64,000 nucleotides of DNA from Patescibacteria group bacterium (GCA_041665505.1 JBAYIR010000002.1:11602-75601); one strand, 5' to 3'. Positions 46,861 through 57,063 are shown, counted from the stretch's first letter. Numbers and translations are program-made. Notes: a model not told the origin generated them from the sequence alone.

Positions 46861-48084
46861 CTATAAGGCTTTATTAATTTTTAATAATTTCTCAATAACT
46901 TCATTTCTCTCTGGCATGCTACGAGCATGAAGTATAGAAAATATTTGATTGCCTTTTTTAAATACTGCCGTACGCTGAGCTTCAATTAAAAAACCAGTTT
47001 TAGCAGCATCAAGACCATAAGCCATTAAACTATAATTACGATTAACTACTGCTATCTCACTCTCTGTACCATCAGGATTATTAGCATAAATTGTATATTG
47101 ACCTTTGGCGCTAGCCTCCACTATAGCTGCTTTAGAAAAGGCTTCTTGAGCAATTTTGGCCATTTCTTTGGCAGTAGAAACATTACTGGCATCCAGACCA
47201 GCAATATCATAAAATATTGTTTTTTCTAATCCTAGCTCTTTGGCTTTAGCATTCATCTGAGCTACAAAATCTACCCGTGACAATCCACTTGATTCAGCTA
47301 GAGCCACTGCTGATTGATTAGATGAAGCTAGTAGCATCGCTACCCACAAATCATAAAAAGAAACTTTTTGTCCTGCTTCTATAGCTACCTCACTAGTCTT
47401 ATCCTCGCCAACATATTCTTTGGGATAATTTATTTGCTCTGGAGTAATAGTTATTTCCTTATCCCAATCTGGATCAAGATCTAAAAGTACCAAAGCCGTC
47501 ATTAGTTTGGACAAAGAGGCAATTGGTAAAATCTTATCTTCAAAATAACCTTCTTGAAAAACACCATCTTCATATCTAGCATAAGAGACATCATCAAATG
47601 AATAACTAGAAACTATTTGCTTGTCACTGACTGGTATCTGATCTAAATCACTATTGCTAATACCCAAAGATAATTCTCTCATAATATCATAAGCTGCTCT
47701 ACCATCTTTGAGATAATATCTGATACCAGTGTCTGGATGGACATACCAAGCTTCACCATGAGATTCTACTTGTAATAAAATATAACCCTTTAATCTTTCG
47801 GTTAGTTTACGGTCATAAGCTTGACCACTGGCTGTTTTTATTTTTGCCAAGTCTTTATTGCTTATTCCTAAACTATATTTTCTCATAATATCATAAGCCG
47901 AGGCTCCATCTTTGAGATAATATCTAGTTTGCTCTACTGGGTGAACATACCAAGCTCGGCCATAGCTTTCTACCTGTAATAATATTTTTCCGGCTAATTT
48001 TTGCGACAAATCAGGACTAGCCGCTTTAGTTGCCAGTGGCCAGAAAAATTGACTAATAATAATGACTAATAATGCTTTATTCAT
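46861..48084 (-). CDS. D-alanyl-D-alanine carboxypeptidase (S11) with two N-terminal repeats
   Basis: SxxK (IASLSK), SSN and KTG. The repeat G.ILLQVES.G.AWYVHP...RYYLKDG..AYDIMR..SLGISN.DL occurs twice. Confidence 0.85.
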   Translation of the reverse strand: MNKALLVIIISQFFWPLATKAASPDLSQKLAGKILLQVESYGRAWYVHPVEQTRYYLKDGASAYDIMRKYSLGISNKDLAKIKTASGQAYDRKLTERLKGYILLQVESHGEAWYVHPDTGIRYYLKDGRAAYDIMRELSLGISNSDLDQIPVSDKQIVSSYSFDDVSYARYEDGVFQEGYFEDKILPIASLSKLMTALVLLDLDPDWDKEITITPEQINYPKEYVGEDKTSEVAIEAGQKVSFYDLWVAMLLASSNQSAVALAESSGLSRVDFVAQMNAKAKELGLEKTIFYDIAGLDASNVSTAKEMAKIAQEAFSKAAIVEASAKGQYTIYANNPDGTESEIAVVNRNYSLMAYGLDAAKTGFLIEAQRTAVFKKGNQIFSILHARSMPERNEVIEKLLKINKAL

Positions 48085-48208
48085 AGCTTAAATAATAACA
48101 TAATATAAAAATTGTTCAAAACATAGCCTAATGGGTTTTATAAAAACATATCTGACTCAATTTTAAAAAAGGTTTTTGTTTAAAAACCTTTGAAAAAAAA
48201 TAAAAATA

Positions 48209-49408
48209 TTATTCGCTTCTCAAAGCATCAACTGGATCTAATCTACTAGCTTTATAGGCTGGATAAAACCCAAAAAATATACCAACCACTACTGAAAAAC
48301 CAAAACCTATAATTGGTCCCCAGTAAGAAAAGGCTACGGCCATTATATTAAATTTGGAAAAAATAGGTATAATAGATGAGCCTAAGGCTATCCCCAAAAA
48401 TCCCCCTATCATAGACAAAATGACTGACTCTAATAGAAATTGTCCTAAAATATCCTCCTGCTTACCGCCAATGGCTTTGGCAATACCTATCTCCTTGGTT
48501 CTCTCAGCTACTGTCACAAACATTACATTCATAATACCAATACCCGAAACCAAAAGTACTATGGCGGCTACTGATGTGAGCAAAATAGTCATCAGTGCCG
48601 CTGACTCTTGAGCCGCACCGACCATAGCTCCAGCATCCATAATTCTAAAATCATCAGCGGCGCTATCTTTCAATTTATGTTCGGCTCGCAAAGCGGCTGT
48701 TACTTCTTCAGTGGCTATTTCTACATTATCTACATCATCAGCCAAAGAATAAATCATGATCTGAGAATTGGCACCCAAAACACTTTTTTCAGCTGTGCTA
48801 ATAGGGATAAATATAGAATCGTCCATTGATGTTGGCCCCATACTACGACCAGTCTCTTTGACTACTCCCACAATCTGAAATTGTTTACCAGCTATCTTGG
48901 CTGTTTGACCTATAATATTATTCTTATCCAAAGCTAAGGTGCTTATCAGGCCACTACCAAATATTACCTTCTTAGCATTATCTAAAATATCCTGTTCAGA
49001 AAAAAACTGTCCCGTGTCAATCTCTATACTAGATATACCAAAATAATTACTCTCCACGCCTATAGCATTGGCCGAAGCACTATCAGAATTAACAGATAGA
49101 GTGACATTGGCTTGCATCACGGATGATGATTGAGAAATATGAGGAGAATTGGCTAATATAATCTTGGAATCACTAGTAGACAATTTGGAACTACCTGTTG
49201 ATTCACGTCCTTGCATTTTCATCACTATAATTGAATCTGCCGACAAACCTTGGAACTGGTCACTAACAGATTGCTGAGCACCTTGGCCAATGGCAAAAAC
49301 CGCAATAACCGTTGATACACCAATGATAATACCGAGCATAGACAAAAAACTCCTAGTTTTATTACTAAGTAAAGATTCAAAAGCCATTTTGACAATTTCA
49401 AATTTCAT
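48209..49408 (-). CDS. MacB/FtsX-family ABC permease
   Basis: RSFLSMLGIIIGV, GIGIMNVM..TVAERTKEIG, GFYPAYKASRLDPVDALR. Confidence 0.92.
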   Translation of the reverse strand: MKFEIVKMAFESLLSNKTRSFLSMLGIIIGVSTVIAVFAIGQGAQQSVSDQFQGLSADSIIVMKMQGRESTGSSKLSTSDSKIILANSPHISQSSSVMQANVTLSVNSDSASANAIGVESNYFGISSIEIDTGQFFSEQDILDNAKKVIFGSGLISTLALDKNNIIGQTAKIAGKQFQIVGVVKETGRSMGPTSMDDSIFIPISTAEKSVLGANSQIMIYSLADDVDNVEIATEEVTAALRAEHKLKDSAADDFRIMDAGAMVGAAQESAALMTILLTSVAAIVLLVSGIGIMNVMFVTVAERTKEIGIAKAIGGKQEDILGQFLLESVILSMIGGFLGIALGSSIIPIFSKFNIMAVAFSYWGPIIGFGFSVVVGIFFGFYPAYKASRLDPVDALRSE

Positions 49409-49409
49409 A

Positions 49410-50120
49410 CTAATAAGTGCTAGTCAACTGATAATTATTATCTATGACCTTACCATCTTTCATATAAATAATGCGGTCTGCATATTTGGCTACTTCAGCT
49501 GTATGGGTCACCATGATGATAGTTTTATTATTATTTTTAAGCTCTACAAATATTTTCATTATTTCTAAACCTGAGCTAGAATCAAGTGCCCCTGTCGGCT
49601 CATCCGCCAACAAAATATCTGGATCATTCATCAAAGAACGACAGATTGATACCCGCTGTTGTTGACCACCTGACAACTCTGTCGGCTTATGATTAGCCCT
49701 ATCAGCTATATTGACACTTTTCATCAATTCCAAAGCTTTAGCTTCACGAGTTTTCCTATCTTGCCCAGCATAAAGAGCTGGCAAAGAAATATTTTTTAAA
49801 GCACTCAATCTAGAAAAAAGGTTAAATTGCTGAAAAATAAAACCCATTTTTTTATTTCTGATATAGGCCAAAGTATAATCATCTTTTACCTGCCCAATAT
49901 TTTCCCCTTCCAAAAAATACTGCCCACTTTTCAAAGGGTGCAGACAACCTATAATATTTAATAGTGTTGTTTTACCGCAACCAGATTCTCCCATTAAAGC
50001 TACAAATTCTCCTTCCTTAATATCCAAATCAACACCATTTAATACTGGCACTTCTTCCGTATTGGCTAAATAATATGACTTATGTACCCCTTTGAGTACA
50101 ATAATAGATTTATCAGTCAT
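49410..50120 (-). CDS. ABC transporter ATP-binding protein (MacB/LolD type)
   Basis: GESGCGKT, LSGGQQQR, LADEPTGALD, VTH. Confidence 0.92.
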   Translation of the reverse strand: MTDKSIIVLKGVHKSYYLANTEEVPVLNGVDLDIKEGEFVALMGESGCGKTTLLNIIGCLHPLKSGQYFLEGENIGQVKDDYTLAYIRNKKMGFIFQQFNLFSRLSALKNISLPALYAGQDRKTREAKALELMKSVNIADRANHKPTELSGGQQQRVSICRSLMNDPDILLADEPTGALDSSSGLEIMKIFVELKNNNKTIIMVTHTAEVAKYADRIIYMKDGKVIDNNYQLTSTY

Positions 50121-50122
50121 AA

Positions 50123-51946
50123 TTAGTAAGATATTGTGTCACCGTTATTTAAACCACTAATAACTTCTACATATTGACCGTCAGTAAATCCAGTCACCAC
50201 TGGAATCCAGTCACCAGATTGACTAAGCACAGAAGGATTATTATTAACATTTTTGACAGCGTCCACTGGAATTATCAAAACATCTTTGGCTTCAGCAGTC
50301 ACAAAATCTACAAAAGCTGTCATGCCCTCTCTGATTTGTACATCACCTTTGTTGTTTATTACTATCCTGACTAAGTAAGTGACAATGCCACTATTATCAG
50401 TTTCTGAAGTTAAAGAAATAAATGTAACTGCTCCTTCTAATTTTAATCCCTCTAAGGAATCAAAAGTAGCATAAGCTATTTGACCATTTTTTATATTATT
50501 TATTTCTACCTCCTCTATTTGAGCCTCTATAAACAAGGTATCATTGTTTATGATTACAGCTACTGGATCACTGGTGCTGTTATCAACAATAATATCCCCC
50601 GTTTTATAATTTAACATCGCCACCTCTCCATCAATAGGTGAAATAATAGTAGCTTGCTCTAGGTCTAATTGAGCTTTTTCCAAACTAATACTAGCTGACG
50701 TCAACTTGGAGTTGGCTGAATTTTTTTCTGATGTAGTCAAGGGAGCTAATAATTCTTGATAATCGCGTTTGGCTTGTTCCAAACTTAATTCTTTGGACTG
50801 CAAACTAGCCTCCGCATTTTTTATATTTCTATCAGCTTCAGCCAGAGCATTATCATAATCTATAATATAATCTGCTAAACCATCTTTAGCTTCATCAACA
50901 GCCGTTATTTTGCTGTTCAAAGTAGTAATTTTTGTATTAATAGCCGAGCGGTTACTATCAATAGTGCTTATAAAAGTATCCAAAGAATTTTGAGATAAAT
51001 CTGTGGAGGTAATAGTGGCATCTAAAACCAATTTCATTCTATAAAGATGATCCTCAAAAATTTCTAAAGTTTCTAGAGTCTGCTCTGCGGCTATATCAAT
51101 ATCAAAATAATTAGAACTATTATTCAAATATATAACTAAATTATTTAAAATTTTCAAGCTATCTCTAGCTTGAATATATGTGGTCTGAGCTTGACTAAGT
51201 GTAGTGCTATCTTTAGCTCCTAATAAATTTTCATAAGCATCATTTAAATGCTCGTCATCTACACCGATAATCTCATCTGAATTTCTCAGAATAGAATTAA
51301 AACTAATATTAGTTGATTTGAGGGTATCCACTAAAGCATCATAAGCATCATTAACATCTTGACTACTTAGCTCATCTTTATTTTCATCCAGATTATTTTT
51401 AGCATTTCTGATGCTCTCTTCTGCCGACTGTTTAGTATTAGCTAGAGATATTTGAGCCTGAGTCAAAGAGATTTCAGCTGTAGTAATTTTGTCTTTGGCA
51501 GTAGCTATTTCACTATCACTAGCCCCAGCTATAATTTCATTGTAATCAGCCAACACTGCTAGATAACTAGCATAAGCGTTTCTGACGCTCATCTCCAAAG
51601 TAGATGTTTTTACAGTCGCTATCTTATCACCTTTCAAAATTTTATCCCCTTCTTTTACAAACACTTGCTCAATTTCTAGATTGTCCCCACTAACTGAAAA
51701 AGATAATTCTACTCCATCCTCTGCTACCACCTTACCATCTGATTCGATAGCTATACTCAAATCGTCTTTTTTAACAGACCATATTTTTTGTTCTGTGACT
51801 ACCTCTTGCTTATTATTTTTATTAAAAAAATAATAGACCAGACTGAACGCTAGCAAAATAATAATAAGAGCTAAAATTGTTTTTTTACCAAATTTAAATT
51901 TAAATTTTTTTCTAGCTTGTTTACTTTCCTCAATTATAGAAGTCAT
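50123..51946 (-). CDS. MacA/HlyD-family membrane fusion protein with very long coiled coil
   Basis: N-terminal TM, VKEGD.I.KGD, ISPIDGEV, GMTA, V.TG......VEVISGL. Confidence 0.85.
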   Translation of the reverse strand: MTSIIEESKQARKKFKFKFGKKTILALIIILLAFSLVYYFFNKNNKQEVVTEQKIWSVKKDDLSIAIESDGKVVAEDGVELSFSVSGDNLEIEQVFVKEGDKILKGDKIATVKTSTLEMSVRNAYASYLAVLADYNEIIAGASDSEIATAKDKITTAEISLTQAQISLANTKQSAEESIRNAKNNLDENKDELSSQDVNDAYDALVDTLKSTNISFNSILRNSDEIIGVDDEHLNDAYENLLGAKDSTTLSQAQTTYIQARDSLKILNNLVIYLNNSSNYFDIDIAAEQTLETLEIFEDHLYRMKLVLDATITSTDLSQNSLDTFISTIDSNRSAINTKITTLNSKITAVDEAKDGLADYIIDYDNALAEADRNIKNAEASLQSKELSLEQAKRDYQELLAPLTTSEKNSANSKLTSASISLEKAQLDLEQATIISPIDGEVAMLNYKTGDIIVDNSTSDPVAVIINNDTLFIEAQIEEVEINNIKNGQIAYATFDSLEGLKLEGAVTFISLTSETDNSGIVTYLVRIVINNKGDVQIREGMTAFVDFVTAEAKDVLIIPVDAVKNVNNNPSVLSQSGDWIPVVTGFTDGQYVEVISGLNNGDTISY

Positions 51947-51958
51947 GTTATTTACAAA

Positions 51959-52519
51959 TTAATTGATTATCACAAACTCTGCTATATTACGATCTTCAAT
52001 ATCTTTGTTAAGCCAAATCATTAGAGTCTGATTGGTTTTGATATCCAGTAAAGTAGCCTCGGTCATTTCTCCATTAACATTTGTCAACATTTTTATACCC
52101 ACTGGTATAGTCACCTTAGCTTCACCTGTAGACATACTCTTCATCATTGCCAAACGACTTTCTTCGTCCATATTAGCTCTATTCCCAGTACCTCCACCCA
52201 TACCTGGTCTCATTCCAGCACCTCCCCCAAAGCCAGCTACTGGAGCTTGTTTACTTTCTTCATTATCATTTCCTATAAGCTGCTCGTCTGGTATTTCTTC
52301 TCTATTTGGCATGTTTAATTCTAAGATTGTTACTTCATTGCCAATTACATTTGAAACCAAACCTCGCATATTTGGTTCTTCTTCTGGCCTGACAAAATCT
52401 GGCATATTATTATCTGATTTAACATTTTCAGGATTTAAGGCTTGATTATCATTAGTTTGGATACCACAGCCTGATAACAAAATGACTAATAAAAAGCTCA
52501 AAAATAGCGATTTTTTCAT
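51959..52519 (-). CDS. Lipoprotein associated with the MacAB-like operon
   Basis: Lipobox LLSGC and a Gly/Met-rich linker. Confidence 0.7.
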   Translation of the reverse strand: MKKSLFLSFLLVILLSGCGIQTNDNQALNPENVKSDNNMPDFVRPEEEPNMRGLVSNVIGNEVTILELNMPNREEIPDEQLIGNDNEESKQAPVAGFGGGAGMRPGMGGGTGNRANMDEESRLAMMKSMSTGEAKVTIPVGIKMLTNVNGEMTEATLLDIKTNQTLMIWLNKDIEDRNIAEFVIIN

Positions 52520-52591
52520 ATTTTTATTTAATTATATTATTCTACTACCTAATACGTTAATTGACGGAATATCTTTCATTATTATGAAAAC

Positions 52592-52629
52592 AAAAATCAC
52601 CCCAACATAGGTCGCTTAGGGTGATTTTT
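52592..52629 (-). terminator. Intrinsic terminator
   Basis: AAAATCACCCC...GGGGTGATTTT. Confidence 0.65.
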
Positions 52630-52647
52630 AAAAATATTTTTTAACTA

Positions 52648-53046
52648 CTACTCAGTAGTCTGGCCGTCGAAATCTTCTTCATTGGCTTCGGCTTCTTCTT
52701 TGGTAGCTCTGACAATCCCATCTTTATGATGAGCTGGGGAATAAATAGTATAAAGTTTCAAATCCTCAGTCTCTGAAGTATTGATTATGTTGTGCTGAGC
52801 TCCGGCTGGTACTACTACTGCTACTCCGTCTGACAGGGCATATTCATGGCCATCAATAATACATTTGCCCTCACCACTTTCAAAACGGAAAAATTGATCA
52901 TTGTCAGCATGAATTTCTTGACCAATTTCTGATTTTGGAGCGATACTCATCAAAACTAATTGGCTATGTTTTGAGCTGTAGAGCACCTGACGAAAATTTT
53001 TATTGGCCAGAGTCTCCTGCTCAATGTTAATACTAAATCCTTTCAT
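52648..53046 (-). CDS. Cupin domain protein
   Basis: QLVLMSI...EIH..NDQFF...G.G...VPAGAQHNIIN...LKLYTIYSP. Confidence 0.88.
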   Translation of the reverse strand: MKGFSINIEQETLANKNFRQVLYSSKHSQLVLMSIAPKSEIGQEIHADNDQFFRFESGEGKCIIDGHEYALSDGVAVVVPAGAQHNIINTSETEDLKLYTIYSPAHHKDGIVRATKEEAEANEEDFDGQTTE

Positions 53047-53066
53047 AGTTTTTATATTTTAAAAAG

Positions 53067-53612
53067 TTAATTAAACTTCATATCATACCAATCTAAATTG
53101 TATTCTTTTTGTATCAAAGTGCGCTCGCCATCATTCCATGTTTTATGATTTTCTAATTCCAATAATTTAATACCCTCTTTCACATGATCTTCACTTTGCC
53201 CTTCAATTTCTATAAAAGGCGGCATATTAGGATATTTGTCTATATCAAAACGCCATTCTTTATAATTCCAAGAGATTCGATCTTTTTCCTGATGAGCATA
53301 AGGTTCCAGACCGATTTCTTCAAAAAGATCCCCCATAGATTCAGGCTGAAGTAATGCAAAATTAATTTCTTTATGCCTACGAGCAACTCCCAAAATATCT
53401 GACTTAGCTTTCCAAGTAAGTTCAGAGCTACCGTCACTGCGGGAACGAATTCGTAAAAACCAAGGATCTTGTCCCTCAATCACGCCTTTCAATCTATACC
53501 AATCAACTACAAAACGAGTATCTTGAACTTTTATTGCGCCTAATTTTAACAATATATCATTTATCTTTATAGTATCAATATCCAAGACCTTAGTTTCAAT
53601 TTCTTGAGCCAT
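53067..53612 (-). CDS. CYTH (triphosphate tunnel metalloenzyme) domain protein
   Basis: N-terminal EIETK, LRIR, LTWK, EKDR, FIEIEG. Confidence 0.85.
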   Translation of the reverse strand: MAQEIETKVLDIDTIKINDILLKLGAIKVQDTRFVVDWYRLKGVIEGQDPWFLRIRSRSDGSSELTWKAKSDILGVARRHKEINFALLQPESMGDLFEEIGLEPYAHQEKDRISWNYKEWRFDIDKYPNMPPFIEIEGQSEDHVKEGIKLLELENHKTWNDGERTLIQKEYNLDWYDMKFN

Positions 53613-53680
53613 AAAATATTTATAATCTAAATAAATTAATACTACTTATAGTATAGCAAATAATAAATTTTAGAGCGATT

Positions 53681-54658
53681 TTAATAAGTTACTATTTTTA
53701 TAAAGTGTCCTTTGTTTACCCAATCGGCATGTTTTTGTAGCTCTTCTTTAAAAGTTGGAAACTCTTCGCTAACTCTTTTTAATCTGTCTTCATCTATGAT
53801 AAATTTTGGGTCTACAAAACGTAATTTATTTTTTGCATAAAAATCATAATTTTCGGAATCAGAAATAATTTCGAATTTAGGATTCAATTTTTCAAGATAG
53901 CTAATTACCTCTTTATGCCCAGACTCTTTTAGTTTATTATAAACAAAATTGTCATCAGTAAATAAATCATCTTGGCTAATAATTTTTTCTTTTAAAGCTA
54001 CCTTAATAGCGTCTGCTAAAACTTGGAAAAGCGCTATCTCCATTGGATGAGACCAATATTTATAATCCATTTCCAAAAAATCTTTGGCAAAATCTAAGGC
54101 AAGGTTTTTATCACTAAAAATAATTTCATTATTAAAAACTCTTAAACTATTTATATAACTTTTAATATTTTTTATGTTATTATCTCCCATACCCAGCCTA
54201 TCTCTTAAAGAATAGTCAATTCTATCCGCACACAAGTCTGGCAATTTTCTTTCCAAAATAGGAAAATTTTTTTCATCCAAAATTCTACTCAAATCAAAAT
54301 TATATTTTTTCAAAATATCTGGAATTTCAGAATTTTTTATAATACCCTCATGGAATTTCTCATGAAACTCATGGTCTTTGTTTTCAAAAACAAAATCAAT
54401 AACATGCGAAAAAGCAGTATGTGGAACATCGTGAAGCAATCCTGCTATTTGTTCTTCCAAAGGAGCTTTTAAAAATCTTAACAAAAGCATCACTCCTAAA
54501 GAGTGCTCATAACGACTAATTAACTTCGGCAAAACATACTGCGACGCACCAGCCTGATTGATACCCTTGAGTCTTAAAACCGGTTTAGAAGCAATGAGCT
54601 CCAACAAGACTTCGTCTTGTATATCAAATGTTCCGTAAACTCTATCTTTAATAATCAT
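53681..54658 (-). CDS. HD-domain phosphohydrolase (SAMHD1/dNTPase-like subgroup)
   Basis: RLKGINQ, SRYEHSLGV, GLLHDVPHTAFSH, ADRIDY. Confidence 0.85.
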   Translation of the reverse strand: MIIKDRVYGTFDIQDEVLLELIASKPVLRLKGINQAGASQYVLPKLISRYEHSLGVMLLLRFLKAPLEEQIAGLLHDVPHTAFSHVIDFVFENKDHEFHEKFHEGIIKNSEIPDILKKYNFDLSRILDEKNFPILERKLPDLCADRIDYSLRDRLGMGDNNIKNIKSYINSLRVFNNEIIFSDKNLALDFAKDFLEMDYKYWSHPMEIALFQVLADAIKVALKEKIISQDDLFTDDNFVYNKLKESGHKEVISYLEKLNPKFEIISDSENYDFYAKNKLRFVDPKFIIDEDRLKRVSEEFPTFKEELQKHADWVNKGHFIKIVTY

Positions 54659-54744
54659 ATTTTAACTTTACACTCAAAAACTCCTAAAATCAAGCAACAA
54701 AATATTAATAAATAAACTATTTTAATATATATAATTCTAAAACT

Positions 54745-54772
54745 AAAATCGGCTTTCGTAAAAGCCGATTTT
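54745..54772 (-). terminator. Intrinsic terminator
   Basis: AAAATCGGCTTT-CGTA-AAAGCCGATTTT perfect inverted repeat. Confidence 0.7.
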
Positions 54773-54780
54773 ATAATCCT

Positions 54781-54969
54781 CTAATCTAGAAGTCCTGCTA
54801 GGTGCAGGAGATAGAGAAATAGTCCACTCGAGACAATAAATATTGCCCAACCAAGGCTTAATCCGACTGGAGAACCCCACTCATCCCATCTTGATCGGCG
54901 AGATTTTCGCTCTAGCCAATACCTTTGATCGGCGGTCAAACTAAGCTTGTCGTCTTCGTTTTTATCCAT
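54781..54969 (-). CDS. Small single-TM hypothetical protein (62 aa)
   Basis: Charged N-terminus and hydrophobic C-terminus. Has its own promoter candidate (TTGCTA-N17-TAATAT, 55139-55111) and terminator. Confidence 0.55.
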   Translation of the reverse strand: MDKNEDDKLSLTADQRYWLERKSRRSRWDEWGSPVGLSLGWAIFIVSSGLFLYLLHLAGLLD

Positions 54970-55183
54970 AAAAAAATATAATAAAAATTTGAGTTATATT
55001 ATCCAATCGACCATTTATTTTTTGGATAATTTGGGGCTCTTGATTTTTGTTGATTGGGACCCCTTTTGTTGTCTCAAGAGCAAGACGGAGTGCAAATTCC
55101 AATATTTAATATATTAACTTATTTTTTATTTAGTAGCAAATATAGGTACAGAGGCCTCAGATTGGTCCTAGTGCATGACAAAG

Positions 55184-55239
55184 TATCATTATAATAACGA
55201 TAAATACATATTGACAAACGATAAATAACAGTTTAAGAT
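55184..55239 (+). promoter_or_regulatory. Sigma70 promoter with repeated operator-like motif
   Basis: TTGACA(55211)-N17-TAAGAT. AACGATAAATA is repeated at 55196 and 55217, flanking the -35. Confidence 0.6.
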
Positions 55240-55268
55240 ACCTATATAAATAGTTTAAAGAATTAATT

Positions 55269-55760
55269 ATGAAAAAAAGCTCAACAATATTTCTTCAGGT
55301 AGTCATTGTGCTTATCGGCGTCGTGGCACTAGCTATCCTGATCCGCTTTCCTTTGACTGAAGGGAGAGCTGCAAATTTAGACCTTCTGAGTATCTACGCT
55401 GATCCCTTTCTGATATATGGCTATCTAGCTTCTATCGCATTTTTTGTTGCCCTGTATCAGGCTTTCAAATTACTCGGATATATCGGGCAGAATAAAGTAT
55501 TCTCACTAAACTCTGTGAAGGCCTTAAGGACTATAAAATATTGCGCAATCATACTGAGTTTCTCAATCGTGATAGCGGCAATATATATAAGGATATCTTA
55601 TGGGATATCTCCTGCTAAAGATGATGATCCAGCGGGCTTTATTGCTATGTGTATTGTGACTACTTTTATTTCCATTGTAATCGCTACTGCCGCGGCTGTG
55701 TTTGAAAGCCTTTTACAAAGCGCTATAGATATAAAATCGGAAAATGATTTAATAGTATAA
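55269..55760 (+). CDS. DUF2975 family membrane protein
   Basis: LYQAFKLL..I....FS..SVKALRTIKYCA, DDPAG, KSENDLIV. Confidence 0.85.
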   Translation: MKKSSTIFLQVVIVLIGVVALAILIRFPLTEGRAANLDLLSIYADPFLIYGYLASIAFFVALYQAFKLLGYIGQNKVFSLNSVKALRTIKYCAIILSFSIVIAAIYIRISYGISPAKDDDPAGFIAMCIVTTFISIVIATAAAVFESLLQSAIDIKSENDLIV

Positions 55761-55772
55761 TAAATAAATTTT

Positions 55773-56234
55773 ATGAAAAAAGGAACAACATTATTTTTAA
55801 AAATAGTTATTGCTCTCATAGGAGCCGCGGTACTAGCTCTGGGTATTACCTTTACGATAGCCGTGGCAGATGAGGATGGGAAAATGTATATTCCCATGTT
55901 AATAGTAATGTATGTAACGGCAATACCGTTTTTTTTCGCGTTATATCAATCGCTGAAGCTACTCGGCCATATCGATAAGAACATAGCCTTCTCGGAATTG
56001 TCAGTTAAGGCATTGAGGAACATAAAATATTGCGCAATTGCAATCAGTGTCTTGTATGTTGCAGGCATGCCCCTTTTAGTTTTTGTAGCTAATAAAGACG
56101 ATGCCCCTGGTGCAGTAGGGTTTGGACTAATTTTTACTCTCGCCTCGATTGTAGTAGCAACCTTAGCGGCCGTGCTTCAAAGGCTTATACAGCATGGATT
56201 AGATATGAAGTCAGAGAATGATTTAACAGTATAA
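55773..56234 (+). CDS. DUF2975 family membrane protein (tandem paralog)
   Basis: FSELSVKALRNIKYCA, DDAPG, KSENDLTV. Confidence 0.85.
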   Translation: MKKGTTLFLKIVIALIGAAVLALGITFTIAVADEDGKMYIPMLIVMYVTAIPFFFALYQSLKLLGHIDKNIAFSELSVKALRNIKYCAIAISVLYVAGMPLLVFVANKDDAPGAVGFGLIFTLASIVVATLAAVLQRLIQHGLDMKSENDLTV

Positions 56235-56240
56235 AAATAT

Positions 56241-56444
56241 ATGGCAATAATAATTAACATCGATATAATGTTGGCGAAGAGAAAAATGAGTGTCACCGAA
56301 CTGGCCGACAAAGTCGGAATAACTATGGCTAATATCTCAGTCCTGAAAAATGCTAAAGCTAAAGCTATTCGTTTATCAACCTTGGAAGCAATTTGCAAAG
56401 CCTTGGAATGTCAACCGGGAGATATTTTAGAATATAAAGATTAA
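56241..56444 (+). CDS. YozG-like Cro/C1 HTH regulator
   Basis: ELADKVGITMANISVLKNAKAKAIRLSTLEAICKALECQPGDILEY. Confidence 0.9.
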   Translation: MAIIINIDIMLAKRKMSVTELADKVGITMANISVLKNAKAKAIRLSTLEAICKALECQPGDILEYKD

Positions 56445-56492
56445 AAAATGCTGAGCTTTATTTTACGATAAATCCTTTTTGCTATGGAGTTC

Positions 56493-56873
56493 CTATCCTT
56501 CTACTTCCACATTAAAACCTCCGTAGGCCATGCGCTGCATATCAAATGGCATAGAAAAATCTTTTGTGTCCTTATACTTTTCGTCCATCTCAGCCATCAC
56601 CTTTTTGTTTACCTCGTCTCGATGCTGTTTGGACTCAAACACAATAAATGAAAACCATACAGTTTCGTCTGCATTTGCTTTGGCTAGCTCAGTAAACGCA
56701 AGTGGCTTCATACCGCCTGTTTCTTTGGGCTCAAGATCGTCACCCTTGCATTCATAATATTCAAGTGCACCATGCTTCATCCACATATCGCGGCCTTCGC
56801 TAGCCATCTTTGTATATTCCTGTACTTTGTCTTTGGGAACTACTAGTACAAACCCGTCTATATATTTTGACAT
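56493..56873 (-). CDS. DUF1428 (YbaA-like) protein
   Basis: YIDGFVLVVP, HGALEY.EC.GDD, ETVWFSFI, MPFDMQRMAYGGF. Confidence 0.88.
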   Translation of the reverse strand: MSKYIDGFVLVVPKDKVQEYTKMASEGRDMWMKHGALEYYECKGDDLEPKETGGMKPLAFTELAKANADETVWFSFIVFESKQHRDEVNKKVMAEMDEKYKDTKDFSMPFDMQRMAYGGFNVEVEG

Positions 56874-57063
56874 ATTATTTTTTATCTTAATAATTAACTA
56901 AATTTAGTTTATCAAATTATCCTTTGAAAAGCTAGAATCGTTATAATGCAAACAAATTTTTTTGTTAAGCTTTAATTATCTACAGCTAATAATTACTGCC
57001 CAAACAAAAAACACTTCACTTAATGTGGTGTTTTTTTGATTTTTTATTTTATAGCGACCGGCA

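Noticed and set aside
55078-55092. CAAGACGG resembling the 3' end of a guanidine-III riboswitch
   Set aside because: The complementary upstream CCGU/CGAGG elements are absent on that strand.
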